A stretch of 63,518 nt of DNA, counting the filler. It is 5 parts of 5 records of this genome, joined end to end, with 100 filler letters (N's around TTAATTAATTAA, not from the genome) between each part and the next. Parts side by side here need not be neighbours in the genome. Positions count along the whole stretch, not along the records: positions 1 to 27,995 come from DRR723986_8705; 4 more parts are not named here. One strand, 5' to 3'. Made by a program: the position numbers and the translations under genes. Of the stretch, positions 1 through 8,812 are shown piece after piece. The notes beneath the pieces are model-generated. The model was not told the origin of the DNA. It searched no databases and saw only the letters and a list, made by a program, of their open reading frames with translations. Numbering within the stretch: position 1 is the stretch's first letter; the number at the start of each line of letters is the position of its first letter.

Positions 1-370
1 CCCGGGTGCAGAATTTGCAGTTTTCAAATTTTCAACCGCTAAATCCAATTCTCGCTACTAAGGCTCCAAACCACTGACCGCAAAACCATTTAACCTTGTA
101 TTTGTCGAATTCTGAATAATTTGGGAGTCTACATCGAATGTTATCCCGAATCCAGGTGCAACTAAACGTGGTTCCGCCGACCAAATACTTTCAATACTTC
201 TCGAACTCGCCTCAGGTTAATTTGCGAGTCTCAGGCTAACAACTATCGACACAGATAATGAGTCAAGTACAACTCAATGTGAATTCATTGACACAGCTGT
301 TAGCCTTAAGCTAACAGCTGCAGACTTGTGTCACAAGGCTCAAGAATCAGCGCCTAACAGTAATAAAACA

Positions 371-407
371 AACAAGCCCCGATTCGAAAATCGAGGCTTG
401 TTATTTT
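371..407 (-). terminator. Rho-independent terminator downstream of ccmF (possibly bidirectional)
   Basis: Hairpin AACAAGCC-C-CGATT-CGAA-AATCG-A-GGCTTGTT with A/T-rich flanks on both sides. Confidence 0.65.
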
Positions 408-541
408 GTAGAATGCCGCTGGGCGAAGTGCTCAAACAAGCAAGCCGGAATGCTTAAACAGTGTTTAAGCGCGGCGAAGCGCCAGAGACTAAACAGCTAA
501 GACTTTAACAGCCGGACACGTAACAATTAATCAGAAAAAGT

Positions 542-2953
542 CTAGGCCGACTCAGAACGTGAGGACGTTGATCCGTCCTGCGTGAGAGGGTCCTGAGAAG
601 TCTCGCTGTTAACATCTTCTTCTGTGTCGGGCAGAGTCTGCTGCAGCGCTGTGGGTTTAACAGGTTTGCGACGATTTGGTCCGATTTCGCGAACGCGGCG
701 GCCAATTGCAACACCAAAACCAGCAACCATCAGAATTACGCCAATCCACACGAGGTTAATAAATGGTTTGGTTGAGACCTCGACCGTAAACACTTCGCGT
801 TCCAGAGTTTCGGGGCGGTTAATATCAGCAAAGGATAAAACAGCCTGCGAGTTTGCGAGGTTGGCGCGGTCTGGATTAATGCGGCGCAATGCAAGGTAGT
901 AATCGGTTCCGGGGAGTTTGTAGGGCTCAAAACGCCAGTTGTTATCGGCCGGCGACATGGTTGAATAGACCAACTGTGTCCAGCTGGAATCGGGCGTCTC
1001 CAGTTTAAGTTCTACCCCCATGCGCAGGTCTGAGCCGCCGCTCTGCATTGCACTCGTCATGTCAAAACGCTGGAGCGTTACAACAACATTTGAGTCGAAT
1101 GGAAAGGGCGTATCCTCGAATTTGCGGACGGCAAGTGTGGGACTCTGACCTTCGACTTCAACAGCCTTGGGTGAGATGTAAATATCTTTGATTGCCGAAC
1201 GACGGATGCCGGGTTCGAGGAAGGCTGATTTGCGCTGATTGTAATCGCTCCAATACAGGATGGGCGCTACAACAGATTCCGAGCCATCTTTATCGATGTT
1301 AACAAGGTATTCGTACTTTTCGCGATCCTTAAACTCTTTATCGATTTCGCGCTTGCCCTGATATGTTAAAGTCATGCCCAAAACTTCGGTGGGCTCATCT
1401 TGTACCAGGCGGGCATGTTCCAGCACGGAATAACGCGATGTAGCAATTACACCCAGGAACAGTGCGGCGATGCCGATGTGTGAAACATAAGCGCCAATCA
1501 TTTCGGGCTTGCTGCCAACCAAACGGATCAGAAGATCCAGGTTAACAAAAAGTGAAAAGAAGGCGGCAAACGACAACAACACATAGGGAATGTCACGCCA
1601 GCCAAAGATGAACACTGTGACGGTTGCAGCCAGGGCCAGAAGCAGTGGCATGCGCATGCGCTTAAGGAACTGATGTTTACCAGTTGCTTTCCAGTTAACA
1701 AGCAGTGAAGCACCGTTAACAAGCGAGATTACGATAGCAAGCCAGAGGTGTGAGGAGTTGTAAAAGGACACCTGCATGGCAATTTTGGTCTGGACGATCA
1801 GCTCGGAGAAGAGCGGATAACTGGTGCCGAACAGAACGATCCCCGCACTGATCAGGATCAATAAGGAACCGATGCCGATCGCAAACTCACGCGAGGTCAT
1901 TTTAAAGTCGGCCACGTGGCGGCTAATGTCACTAAAGCGTTTGATGATCATGCCGTAACCGACAACACCAAAGACAACCATCGTCACGATCAGCAGCACA
2001 TAAGCAAACATGCCGGGATCCACAAAGGAGTGCACCGAAGTGTCGCCCAGAACGCCGCTGCGCGTCAGGAATGTGGAATAGAGCACGAGGATAAATGCGG
2101 AGACGGCCAGGAAGAAATTTGTTCTGACGAGGCCGCCCGTTTGTTTTTGCGTGAGCATGGTGTGGACGAGTGCCACACAGACGAGCCAGGGGATCAGCGA
2201 AGAGTTTTCGACTGGATCCCATGCCCAGAAGCCACCCCAGCCGAGCGTTTCGTAGGCCCAGAAACCGCCGAGCATAATGCCGAAACCAAGGATTCCGGTG
2301 CCGAAGAGCGTCCAGGGCAGTGAGACTTTTATCCACTGCGTGTAGTCGCGGCGCACGAGGCCGGCCATCGCAAATGCGAAAGGCACGGTCATAGCTGCAA
2401 AACCCATGAAGAGGATCGGCGGATGGATGGTTATCCAAAGGTTATGCAACAAGGGGTTTAGGCCACGCCCGTTTTCGGGCTGGAAACCGGTGAAGACATT
2501 GGGTTCGTTGGCAAAGTGCTCCCAGACAAACTGGAAGGGACTTTTGGCGACCATCATTAGCAGCAGGAATATGAGTGCCAGATTATAGAAACTCATAAAA
2601 TGCGACTCGTAGCCGACTTTCCTGACGTAGGGCAACATGCAGACGCCAATCAGCGACACGAGGAAGGTCCACAACATGAAACTCCCCTCCTGCCCAGCGT
2701 AGGACGTGGCAAAGAGAAGCGGCGCCGATAACTCCGTATTGGAGTAGTTGTACACATAATAGTAGCTGAAGTCATGCTGAAAGATGTTGTACACCAGCAT
2801 GGCCAGAGCCAGACAGAGGCCGCCAAAGACGACGACTGTAAAGGTACGACCCACCTTGCGCATGACGTCATTGTCACGCCAGGACAGGAAGTATGCTCCG
2901 CAGGCCACTATGGCCGAGGCGAAGAGGAAATTGATTAGTATTTGTCCAAACAT
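542..2953 (-). CDS. ccmF: Cytochrome c biogenesis heme lyase CcmF (803 aa, long periplasmic C-terminal region)
   Basis: GQEGS, GLNPLL, HPP, WAYETLGWGGFWAWDPVEN (WWD motif), TRSG, SVHSF; many TM helices; last gene of ccm cluster. Confidence 0.95.
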   Translation of the reverse strand: MFGQILINFLFASAIVACGAYFLSWRDNDVMRKVGRTFTVVVFGGLCLALAMLVYNIFQHDFSYYYVYNYSNTELSAPLLFATSYAGQEGSFMLWTFLVSLIGVCMLPYVRKVGYESHFMSFYNLALIFLLLMMVAKSPFQFVWEHFANEPNVFTGFQPENGRGLNPLLHNLWITIHPPILFMGFAAMTVPFAFAMAGLVRRDYTQWIKVSLPWTLFGTGILGFGIMLGGFWAYETLGWGGFWAWDPVENSSLIPWLVCVALVHTMLTQKQTGGLVRTNFFLAVSAFILVLYSTFLTRSGVLGDTSVHSFVDPGMFAYVLLIVTMVVFGVVGYGMIIKRFSDISRHVADFKMTSREFAIGIGSLLILISAGIVLFGTSYPLFSELIVQTKIAMQVSFYNSSHLWLAIVISLVNGASLLVNWKATGKHQFLKRMRMPLLLALAATVTVFIFGWRDIPYVLLSFAAFFSLFVNLDLLIRLVGSKPEMIGAYVSHIGIAALFLGVIATSRYSVLEHARLVQDEPTEVLGMTLTYQGKREIDKEFKDREKYEYLVNIDKDGSESVVAPILYWSDYNQRKSAFLEPGIRRSAIKDIYISPKAVEVEGQSPTLAVRKFEDTPFPFDSNVVVTLQRFDMTSAMQSGGSDLRMGVELKLETPDSSWTQLVYSTMSPADNNWRFEPYKLPGTDYYLALRRINPDRANLANSQAVLSFADINRPETLEREVFTVEVSTKPFINLVWIGVILMVAGFGVAIGRRVREIGPNRRKPVKPTALQQTLPDTEEDVNSETSQDPLTQDGSTSSRSESA

Positions 2954-3010
2954 GGGGGATGCCTTTCAGGCTGCGGGCGGGCCAAAGACCGAGAGAATGG
3001 TGGCCGGCGC

Positions 3011-3484
3011 CTAATAGTCAGTGATAACTTCCGAACAATGGAACCAGGGCGGATTGCCTGCGTGTGTGTGGCCGGCAAGTTTGACTTGCTGACCATTACT
3101 CACATCAACTTTCTCCCCGCCGTCATAGGACACGAGGAAGAGTTCACCGTCGCGGTCACGCGCGTGGAATGACGCCGTCCCTTCACCACCTTCAAAGGGA
3201 TGCTGGGCATCGACGGTAACTACGGCTTCGATTATGAGCTTATAGCGCGGTTCGATTTCGGTGCGTCCATTGGCAATTTCCAGCGAGCGCATGAAGCTGA
3301 CGGTCTGGACTTCGCCATAGCGAGTAGCCAGGAAGAGGACCAGCGGAACTGTGAGGACAACCAGCACGATGGCGACTTTGCGGAAAAGTCCGCGATTGCG
3401 GCTCCCGGCTGCCTGGGCGGTATGCTGTGGATCCACCTGGTTCGGCTGATTCCCCTGAGAGGAAGTGTTTTCAGGCTCGGTCAC
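3011..3484 (-). CDS. CcmE-like OB-fold membrane-anchored protein lacking the C-terminal heme-binding motif
   Basis: GTG start overlaps ccmE stop (GTGA, 3481-3484); one TM helix; SFHARDRDGELFLVSYDGG aligns with TFHMRDSTDQMIKVVHTGA of adjacent CcmE; ends FHCSEVITDY. Confidence 0.7.
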   Translation of the reverse strand: MTEPENTSSQGNQPNQVDPQHTAQAAGSRNRGLFRKVAIVLVVLTVPLVLFLATRYGEVQTVSFMRSLEIANGRTEIEPRYKLIIEAVVTVDAQHPFEGGEGTASFHARDRDGELFLVSYDGGEKVDVSNGQQVKLAGHTHAGNPPWFHCSEVITDY

Positions 3485-3903
3485 GATTCGGCATTCCTTT
3501 CGGGCATGCCAACGGCATGTGCTGCAGGGTCTTCGATACTTTTGCCTTCGTATTTGGAAGGGCACTTTGTAAGGATATGACGAGACTGCAGGACGTTATC
3601 TTCGATGCGGCCTTCAACGACGATGCTTTCTGAGAGTTCAAAGTTATTGGGGCGTGCGCCGGTGTGCACAACCTTGATCATTTGATCGGTTGAATCGCGC
3701 ATGTGAAAGGTGAAGATGTTGCGCTGACTGTCGTAGTCGGCGCCACTTTCCTTGACCCATTCTCCTTTGACTTTAACAAAACCGGCGGCCGTGCGCGCGT
3801 TTCCGATATCGGAATATGCGATTGTGCCGCTGTCCAGGGAGAAGATCCCGATGACAACAAATACGGCGACGATGGCGCCGCCGATAAGATATTTGGGTTT
3901 CAT
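3481..3903 (-). CDS. ccmE: Heme chaperone CcmE, CxxxY (KCPSKY) variant
   Basis: ATG at 3903 after GAAAGGA; N-terminal TM anchor; OB fold; ILTKCPSKY motif. Confidence 0.92.
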   Translation of the reverse strand: MKPKYLIGGAIVAVFVVIGIFSLDSGTIAYSDIGNARTAAGFVKVKGEWVKESGADYDSQRNIFTFHMRDSTDQMIKVVHTGARPNNFELSESIVVEGRIEDNVLQSRHILTKCPSKYEGKSIEDPAAHAVGMPERNAES

Positions 3904-3984
3904 ATTGACATCCTTTCGGTATCGCGCATCTCCCACTGCAGGGGCCCCAGACGCGCGGCAACAACAAGAGCCTGTGCTCTAAAA

Positions 3985-4176
3985 TTACCTGTCCGAAGAC
4001 GAAGGTGTTGGAGTGCTCGTGTCTGATTTTTGGGACATTTGGACGGCGCGCGCCGATTCTTGTAAATCAGCGACCCGGCGTTCCAGGCGCCACATAAACG
4101 TTGCAATACCGCCCCAGATGATGAGCACGATCATGAGGACGACATAAAGCGAATTTTGCGATAGAAACTGTTCCAT
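3985..4176 (-). CDS. ccmD: CcmD-family small membrane protein
   Basis: 63 aa; one TM helix (YVVLMIVLIIWGGIATFMWRL) followed by ERRV charged tail; lies between ccmC and ccmE. Confidence 0.8.
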   Translation of the reverse strand: MEQFLSQNSLYVVLMIVLIIWGGIATFMWRLERRVADLQESARAVQMSQKSDTSTPTPSSSDR

Positions 4177-4189
4177 AGGAGCTTCTGCC

Positions 4190-5239
4190 TCAGGAAAACT
4201 GTGCTTCGTCGAGTTCTAAGCGAACGAGGCGTGAGCGGACCGTTAATGAATACAACCAGTAAAACACGAGCGTAAACGACATCAGCGAAAGCGTGTAGAG
4301 CGCCTGGACCACGGGGTCAATGTCTCCACCTACCAGCGGCCCCAGATCGCCGGAATTTGAGGCTCCGGGATGCAAACCTTCCATGATGCGCGGAATGATG
4401 TAGGTTAGGAAGATGGCCGAGACAAATCCAAAAATGGAGTACACGGCTGAGAGGCGTGCGCGGCGGTCTTCATCGTCGTTGATGGCACCGCGCAAGGCAA
4501 AGTAGGCACCGTAGATCAGCAAGAGCACAAAAATTGAGGTTTGGCGCGGATCCCAGCTCCAGAATGCGCCCCAGTTAAACTTGGCCCAGACCATTCCGGT
4601 TACCGTCGCCAGGATGGTAAACAGGGTTCCCAGTCCGGCAGCTGCGGCGGCTTTGACATCGTCCGCAGGATTGCGTTTGCGTAGGTAACGAATCGAGTAC
4701 ATCATGGTCAGGAAGTACGCAAGGAATCCGATCCAGGCCATGGGGACATGGAAATAGACGTTGCGAATTCTTTCCGACAGCGCCGGGACAAAGTCGATCG
4801 TGACTAAGGGATCAACAGCGATAATCGATTCGGCGCGGAAGTCACCTTCGCGGGCATTGCCGCGCACTCCGGCAACCACAACTTTGGCGCTGGAAATCTC
4901 AACGGGTTCGCGGCCTGCGAAGACTACGGGAAATTCGCGTGGATTGGCGCTGAAGTCGCGCATCACCACGGTAAATTCGTCGAGTTCGGCGTTGTACGAT
5001 TTTGTGCTGTGGTCGATACTGGCTTTGAGAGGCACAATCGGATTGTCGTAGCTACGGCCCATAAGAGCCACAGAGTTAAACGTTCCGCCGAGCGGTGGCC
5101 ACAGCGCCAGGATAATGGTAATGGAGGTTACCAGAATCACAGTTAAACGCCACCAGGCAGGCCTTGGCCGGAGAACAGATGGGAAATTGCCCAGAATTAT
5201 CCCAATTGTAAAGCCGAGCAGCATCAATATGAAGGTCAT
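4190..5239 (-). CDS. ccmC: Heme exporter/ligase CcmC with an inserted periplasmic CcmE-like domain
   Basis: RNVYFHVPMAW, WAKFNWGAFWSWDPRQTS (WWD), GLHPG; about 90 extra residues (aa ~52-143) after the N-terminal TM segments. Confidence 0.92.
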   Translation of the reverse strand: MTFILMLLGFTIGIILGNFPSVLRPRPAWWRLTVILVTSITIILALWPPLGGTFNSVALMGRSYDNPIVPLKASIDHSTKSYNAELDEFTVVMRDFSANPREFPVVFAGREPVEISSAKVVVAGVRGNAREGDFRAESIIAVDPLVTIDFVPALSERIRNVYFHVPMAWIGFLAYFLTMMYSIRYLRKRNPADDVKAAAAAGLGTLFTILATVTGMVWAKFNWGAFWSWDPRQTSIFVLLLIYGAYFALRGAINDDEDRRARLSAVYSIFGFVSAIFLTYIIPRIMEGLHPGASNSGDLGPLVGGDIDPVVQALYTLSLMSFTLVFYWLYSLTVRSRLVRLELDEAQFS

Positions 5240-5392
5240 AATCCCTTACCTTTTCGGCGGTATATACCCGTAGAATCGACCTGCAATTTCGGCTTTTACG
5301 CCCACATTTCAAAAGTTTTAGGTGCGCATTCGGTGGTGGTGCGGTGGCATAAAAGCGCACCGCACGTCAGCAGTTCAGGTGTGGGCTTATTT

Positions 5393-7804
5393 TCAGAACG
5401 GCATTCGAATTCCAAGAATCAAATCCAGACGGGCATGCGCCCAGTCGGCATCACTTAAAACACTACTCAGATAGTGAACATAGCGCATTTCGGTAAAGGC
5501 TTTGAGATCACCGTAAATTGGAACATCAAATCCAATGCCGGCCAGCAGACCAACGCGCAGTGAGGAGAGACTTTCGAGCGTTCCATCACGCAGCGGAAGT
5601 TCGTTAGTATCGGTGCCGGGGAACGTGGCCGTGGAGGGTACAAAAATCACCCGATCAAAATCGGCCGACTTGCTGAGCGCATAGGAGGCGCGCAGCCCAC
5701 CAAGCCCATAAACCCCAGGTCCAAAACGGCGCTCGGCAGTCAGCTCAGCCGAAAGGTACAAGGCGTCGGAACTGATACGGTAACCTTGCTGCAGAATTTC
5801 AGACGGCGGCTGGATTTCGGCCGTGTCGAGTGAACGCACCGAACCACCGTGCATTTCGAGGCCAAGACGCCCCGTAAGGTTCCAGTCTTCGCCAAGCGGC
5901 ATGCCGACCAGTAGGCCGAGCAGCCCGCCAATTCCGGACGTACCGCTATAACTTCCCTGCGCCGCAACACCATCGGTGGTGCGGAAGTCGGGCTGATGCA
6001 GATCAACGGCTGGATTAAAGTAAGCGCCCCAGAACATCGAAGACGGCGGATTACAACTGTCGTCTTCGCCCAGTGTATAGGTCATCTCATATTCACTGCT
6101 GTCATTCAGGCTGTAGCAGATCGTAAAGAATGTGACGTTACCGGCAACATCTTCGGCGCGCACAAGCGCGCGGCCAAACTCGTCATAGGATTGCGGCCGG
6201 GCACTCAGCGCCACCTGCGGAACACCGGAAATGACTTTGGGTAAATCAATGATGATATTGCGGCTGTATACCGTGTCAATCTTGCGAAGTCCGCGGTCAA
6301 TTGCGCGGTTCTCACGCACATAGGTGAATACGGAATCGCGCGATACAATAGCTTCGACTGTGGGAGCCAGGGTATCCTTGAGGTCCGGCAGCGCACCAAA
6401 AAGCTGGCCGCCCATATTGCCGTAGGCATCACTTTTGTCGTCACCGAAACCGAGACCGTAGGAGTAGAGGCCAAAGGGTTCATCGGCACGAATGGAGTGA
6501 GTGCCAAACGGCACCTGCAGGCGCGCAATTTGGTAGCCACTTTCACCAAAAGCCTCAAATTTGCTGCGTTGAACCAGATCGCCGTTCAGTTTAACTGTTG
6601 CTACAGCTTCGTCGGGAACCACGACATTAACGTAATGCCGCCAGGTCCCGTCCACGGGTGTAGCAAAGCGATAACTTTTCATGAATTGCTGAGTGGGGCT
6701 GACGAGGATCATCATCGGATCACCGAGGCCGTCACCATTTTGTGAGCCCTGCGAAAAGAGGGCCACCAGAACTGGATTGGTTGCGGTGATTTGCGTTGGC
6801 CCGCTCAGATCGTGCGTCTCGTAGTGCTCTCCGGCATTGAGAATCGCAATCGGCCGGAAATTGCGGAAGACCTTGGTGCTATCCTGGGAGGCCAGCACGC
6901 GAAAGCTGGAGCGCGAGCGGTTAGCAAGGTTGCCAACATAAAACTGCCGACCCCAGGTGTTGAGCGGCGGAAGCTGCTCTACCAGGTGATTGCAGAATGA
7001 AATTTCATTGGGAATGTAGGCGCAATTGTGACCGCTGAAGACGGAAATTGGCTTATCGGAGCGAATATATGTCCCAGTCAGGTCACAGGGAGACTTGCGA
7101 TTATACTTGGGGCGCATCTGATAGACTTCACCGCGCTGAAGCGTGAGTCTGTAGGGCTCACCTTCGGGTTTGCCGCTGAAGGTCTCGACGCTTGGAAAGA
7201 TGGTAAGTGTTGTATTGTCCTCGGTGGCAACCACGGCAACCTGAGACAAAAGGTCTTCGGCTTTTTGCTGATAACCCATGACCATATACTCACGGCCGAG
7301 CACGGAAACTGGAAGAGCCAGATAGGTATCGGTTGTCTGGAAACGGCGGTTGAGGCCATAGACGGCAATCGGCACATCGGAAGTAACGTGCACACCCAGG
7401 TTTTCGACACCATCGTTAATACGCACCTGTGCGGCTGTATCAATGGCGAGCGACACGACACTTCCGGCTGGGACGCGGACGTCCTTGGCAAAACGCAGCC
7501 CAGGGATTTCGACGCGAACCTTGGCATTTTGCGGTGAGGCAAAAAAGAGCTTGAGCGTCAGTGTTGACGCGCGCTCGGGAGCGCTGGAGTTGGCATTATA
7601 CTGGATATCACGGAAATTTTTCTGGAAACAAATCCAGAATTCGGTGCCTTCGGAGTCGCGCGCTTTGTCGGTAATCTCAGGCTGCGCCAGTATTCCGGGT
7701 GCAGACAGAAAACTCAACAGTACAAGCAGTAGACTTCCGATCAGACGCGACGGACCGGCAGATCCAGCCAACGGCTGCTTTTTTAGATTAGACAGAACAG
7801 TCAT
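5393..7804 (-). CDS. IgGFc-binding N-terminal-domain protein with C-terminal outer-membrane beta-barrel (paralog 2)
   Basis: Signal peptide; SEGTEFWICF, DTYLALPV..LG.EY, SDKPISVFSGHNCA, HLVEQLPP..WG, GDPMM; amphipathic C-terminal strands ending LGIRMPF. Confidence 0.8.
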   Translation of the reverse strand: MTVLSNLKKQPLAGSAGPSRLIGSLLLVLLSFLSAPGILAQPEITDKARDSEGTEFWICFQKNFRDIQYNANSSAPERASTLTLKLFFASPQNAKVRVEIPGLRFAKDVRVPAGSVVSLAIDTAAQVRINDGVENLGVHVTSDVPIAVYGLNRRFQTTDTYLALPVSVLGREYMVMGYQQKAEDLLSQVAVVATEDNTTLTIFPSVETFSGKPEGEPYRLTLQRGEVYQMRPKYNRKSPCDLTGTYIRSDKPISVFSGHNCAYIPNEISFCNHLVEQLPPLNTWGRQFYVGNLANRSRSSFRVLASQDSTKVFRNFRPIAILNAGEHYETHDLSGPTQITATNPVLVALFSQGSQNGDGLGDPMMILVSPTQQFMKSYRFATPVDGTWRHYVNVVVPDEAVATVKLNGDLVQRSKFEAFGESGYQIARLQVPFGTHSIRADEPFGLYSYGLGFGDDKSDAYGNMGGQLFGALPDLKDTLAPTVEAIVSRDSVFTYVRENRAIDRGLRKIDTVYSRNIIIDLPKVISGVPQVALSARPQSYDEFGRALVRAEDVAGNVTFFTICYSLNDSSEYEMTYTLGEDDSCNPPSSMFWGAYFNPAVDLHQPDFRTTDGVAAQGSYSGTSGIGGLLGLLVGMPLGEDWNLTGRLGLEMHGGSVRSLDTAEIQPPSEILQQGYRISSDALYLSAELTAERRFGPGVYGLGGLRASYALSKSADFDRVIFVPSTATFPGTDTNELPLRDGTLESLSSLRVGLLAGIGFDVPIYGDLKAFTEMRYVHYLSSVLSDADWAHARLDLILGIRMPF

Positions 7805-8099
7805 TACTCTTCCTTCAATCCTGTAGCGTAATACCCAAGCACGGCTTTAGATTGCCCGGCAAATGCGGCAGCGGCAACATCCCGTCTTTAGAGAAACAAG
7901 ACGCGTGTGCCAGTTAAAATATAGTCTGTAAAGACTTGAGCGCTATAATGCTCCGCAGACACTGCGATTTGTGTAGCAAAACGGCGGCACCGTGCAAAAA
8001 TACAACGGGATCAAACGCCAACCGCGCCACAGGGAAATATTCACCAATTTTTACCTGATGTAAAAATTGTGCCTGGGGTGTGCTAATGGCATTCCCAAT

Positions 8100-8777
8100 C
8101 TATTCTTTCCACACAAAATCAAACAGAAGCCAGGAAACCGTCGTGAGCACGACGAGATAACTGACCATGAGTTGCAAATTGTTTTGGGCCTGTGCAAAGT
8201 CCGCCCCACCTAAAGCCAGTAGTGTAAGCTCAACGCCAGGCAGGACCAGAGGCAACATCATAGGAAAGGACAACACCGGAAACAGGGCTCCGCGGGACTG
8301 CGAACGCGCTATGATCGCAGATATCAGCGTGGTGGCCGCCGCTGTAGCAATTGCAGACAGGATCATTACAACACAGAAAAGACCGGGTGAGCCAACGACA
8401 ACACCACCGACAAAAATGAAAAAGAGCAGAATGCCGGCAAAGTTGAGCAGCAGTGTGACCAGAATATTATAGAGCAGTTTGCCAAAGTATACCGCAGCTG
8501 GTGGGCTGGACAAACGCAAAAGCAAGCTGGTGCCCCGCTCTTCTTCAGAGACGAAGGCTTTGGAGAGCCCCGTCATGGCACTAAAAAACATGATAACCCA
8601 CAGCAGGCCCGAGGCCACACCATCATTGACGCGTTCACCACGTGTAGCAAATGCAATCATCATGACTGTTGTTAAGACAAACAACAGTATCGCGTTCAGG
8701 GTAAAACGCGTCCGAATTTCGCTGCGGATGTCTTTCTGGAAGACTGCCAATGTTCTACGAACAAATACTTTAACCAT
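8100..8777 (-). CDS. ccmB: Heme exporter permease CcmB
   Basis: KDIRSEIRTR, F..EEERGT..LL.L, YFGK, LFPVLSFP; six TM helices; ATG at 8777 preferred over the ORF-track start. Confidence 0.92.
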   Translation of the reverse strand: MVKVFVRRTLAVFQKDIRSEIRTRFTLNAILLFVLTTVMMIAFATRGERVNDGVASGLLWVIMFFSAMTGLSKAFVSEEERGTSLLLRLSSPPAAVYFGKLLYNILVTLLLNFAGILLFFIFVGGVVVGSPGLFCVVMILSAIATAAATTLISAIIARSQSRGALFPVLSFPMMLPLVLPGVELTLLALGGADFAQAQNNLQLMVSYLVVLTTVSWLLFDFVWKE

Positions 8778-8812
8778 CGCGCTCTGCTGCAGAGGAATGT
8801 GTGACACCGGAG

